Shown in pieces: positions 62,611-64,000 of a stretch of DNA of 64,000 nt. A program made the translations under genes and the position numbers. The stretch comes from Camelus dromedarius. Lineage: Eukaryota. The stretch's first letter is position 1. Every line of letters starts with the position of its first letter. Location of the stretch: contig NC_087447.1 of the NCBI RefSeq assembly GCF_036321535.1, positions 51,896,001 through 51,960,000 on the forward strand, written 5' to 3'. A model generated the notes under the pieces. The model was given only the letters and a program-made list of their open reading frames with translations. It did not search any database and was not told the DNA's origin.

Positions 62611-62756
62611 GATGGCTTAACTTTTATTCCCAGTATCTAATCCAGTGCTTGGGACACAGGTATTTAATAAATAAGCTTATTCTAAAAATAAAAGAAAAAC
62701 AAACAGCTTCCTTAATTCGGTTGTTCTTTAGAATTGATACACAACTTTCTTCAAAT

Positions 62757-62775
62757 TAGCCACTAGGGGGCGTTG
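62757..62775 (+). promoter_or_regulatory. CTCF binding-site motif
   Basis: TAGCCACTAGGGGGCGTTG versus consensus TGGCCACCAGGGGGCGCTA; non-repetitive context with the CpG retained. Confidence 0.7.
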
Positions 62776-64000
62776 CTGCTGCCACTCTTTCCCCTTAAAT
62801 CTTTTAACCCACTGAAATTAATAGAAAATTACAGGGCACTGTATGTCACAAAATATGTTCTTCCTCAAGAAAACCTGGCTTCAGCTTTATATACATGTAT
62901 AGGTGCGTGTTCTCACATATGCATGTGCATGAACACACTCATATACATGCATATTGTGGTATGATGGGAGGGCTGTTCCTTCTGCCAGCCAACCACTGCA
63001 ATCATACCATGATGCCCCAGAGGTAATACCATTTTCCAGAGGTCATTTTTTGTAATTCCTCCAAGGTACACGGTAAATACTGAACAGACCTTTTACACTT
63101 TCTTACAATTAATAAATTAGAAAAGCCATTGATGAAAAAAATCCCCAAAGATAATCCCTAGTTACATTTGCCATCGCTTCTTTCAAGTTGTTTTTCTACC
63201 CCTACACCTACCTCCTCCCCACATTAAATAAGGTTAAAAAAATTAATATTAACTACTTGTAATTTATTTCATAAACTCCTTTCCCCCTTATTTCAGATGT
63301 TTGATACGTTCTTATAATGAAGATTTATTGATCTATAATACCACATGGCTATTATAGATACCAGAAGAAGCAGCAATTTGGGGGTGTGTGTTTAGCAATG
63401 GAGCTAGGAAATACTTGTTTCCTAATTTGGTTCTAACAAACTTGGGCTAATGAACAGAGTTCTAACTTAAAACAGGAATTCTCAAAACCCCCAAAGAAAA
63501 GACAATGCAAAGTAAGACTGTTCCCCAAGAGTTTAGGGTTACACAAATCAGCTCAGTTTCAATTTAGGGAACTGAACTTCCACAGTGGGGGAGACTTCCA
63601 GTCATACCAACGGAACACATCACACCCTGGACTAAGAAAAGCTGTTACTAGTTTGGTCTTATGGGCTGGAGCTGATGGAGGGAGATGGGAAACAGCTGAG
63701 GTCATCTTATAACTGTAGGGTGTCAAGCACTTCAAATGGGGGGAAAAGGTGCTTGACCCCAAAGCCTCTAAACTTGGTTGGGAACAAAAATATCCATGAA
63801 ATGGATCATAAAGAGAGTCTGAATGATACAGTTGAAGTAGTCATCAGTCAAATGTAGCTACAGTGTCAAACTGTTTGCAAATGTTTCAAAAATAAAGTTT
63901 CAAGGTTGCTTAGAGTAGTGTTCTAATTTGACAATTAACAGTCACATTTTTACTGGATACTTTATTCCACTAGCTGGTATAGTATTACACTTTTATTGAT

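Overview
This is mammalian genomic DNA, most likely from a camelid (camel, alpaca or llama). The evidence is a vic-1-type tRNA-derived SINE at 26024-26152 and camelid/cetartiodactyl-type L1 3' ends. I found no protein-coding exon or structural RNA gene I can recognise; the ORFs in the track are chance ORFs or decayed L1 fragments. Much of the window is interspersed repeats (MIR, L2, old and young L1, MaLR/ERV LTRs, hAT and Tc/mariner relics), separated by repeat-free islands containing transcription-factor-like motifs. Most LTRs, L1s and long poly(A) tracts lie on the + strand, which suggests (inference) a large intron of a gene transcribed on the - strand. The most interesting observations are: (1) an ~80 bp copy of nearby sequence replacing part of an L1, consistent with a templated-insertion repair scar (47057-47138, donor 48327-48405); (2) two different L1 3' ends in tandem inside one candidate TSD pair; (3) a readable Tc2/pogo-type transposase relic; (4) a nested hAT cluster; (5) a strong CTCF site; (6) several candidate minus-strand alternative exons. 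I see no support for a new biological system. Repeat family names come from recalled consensus similarity, not a database search, and boundaries are approximate unless a TSD or TIR is given.
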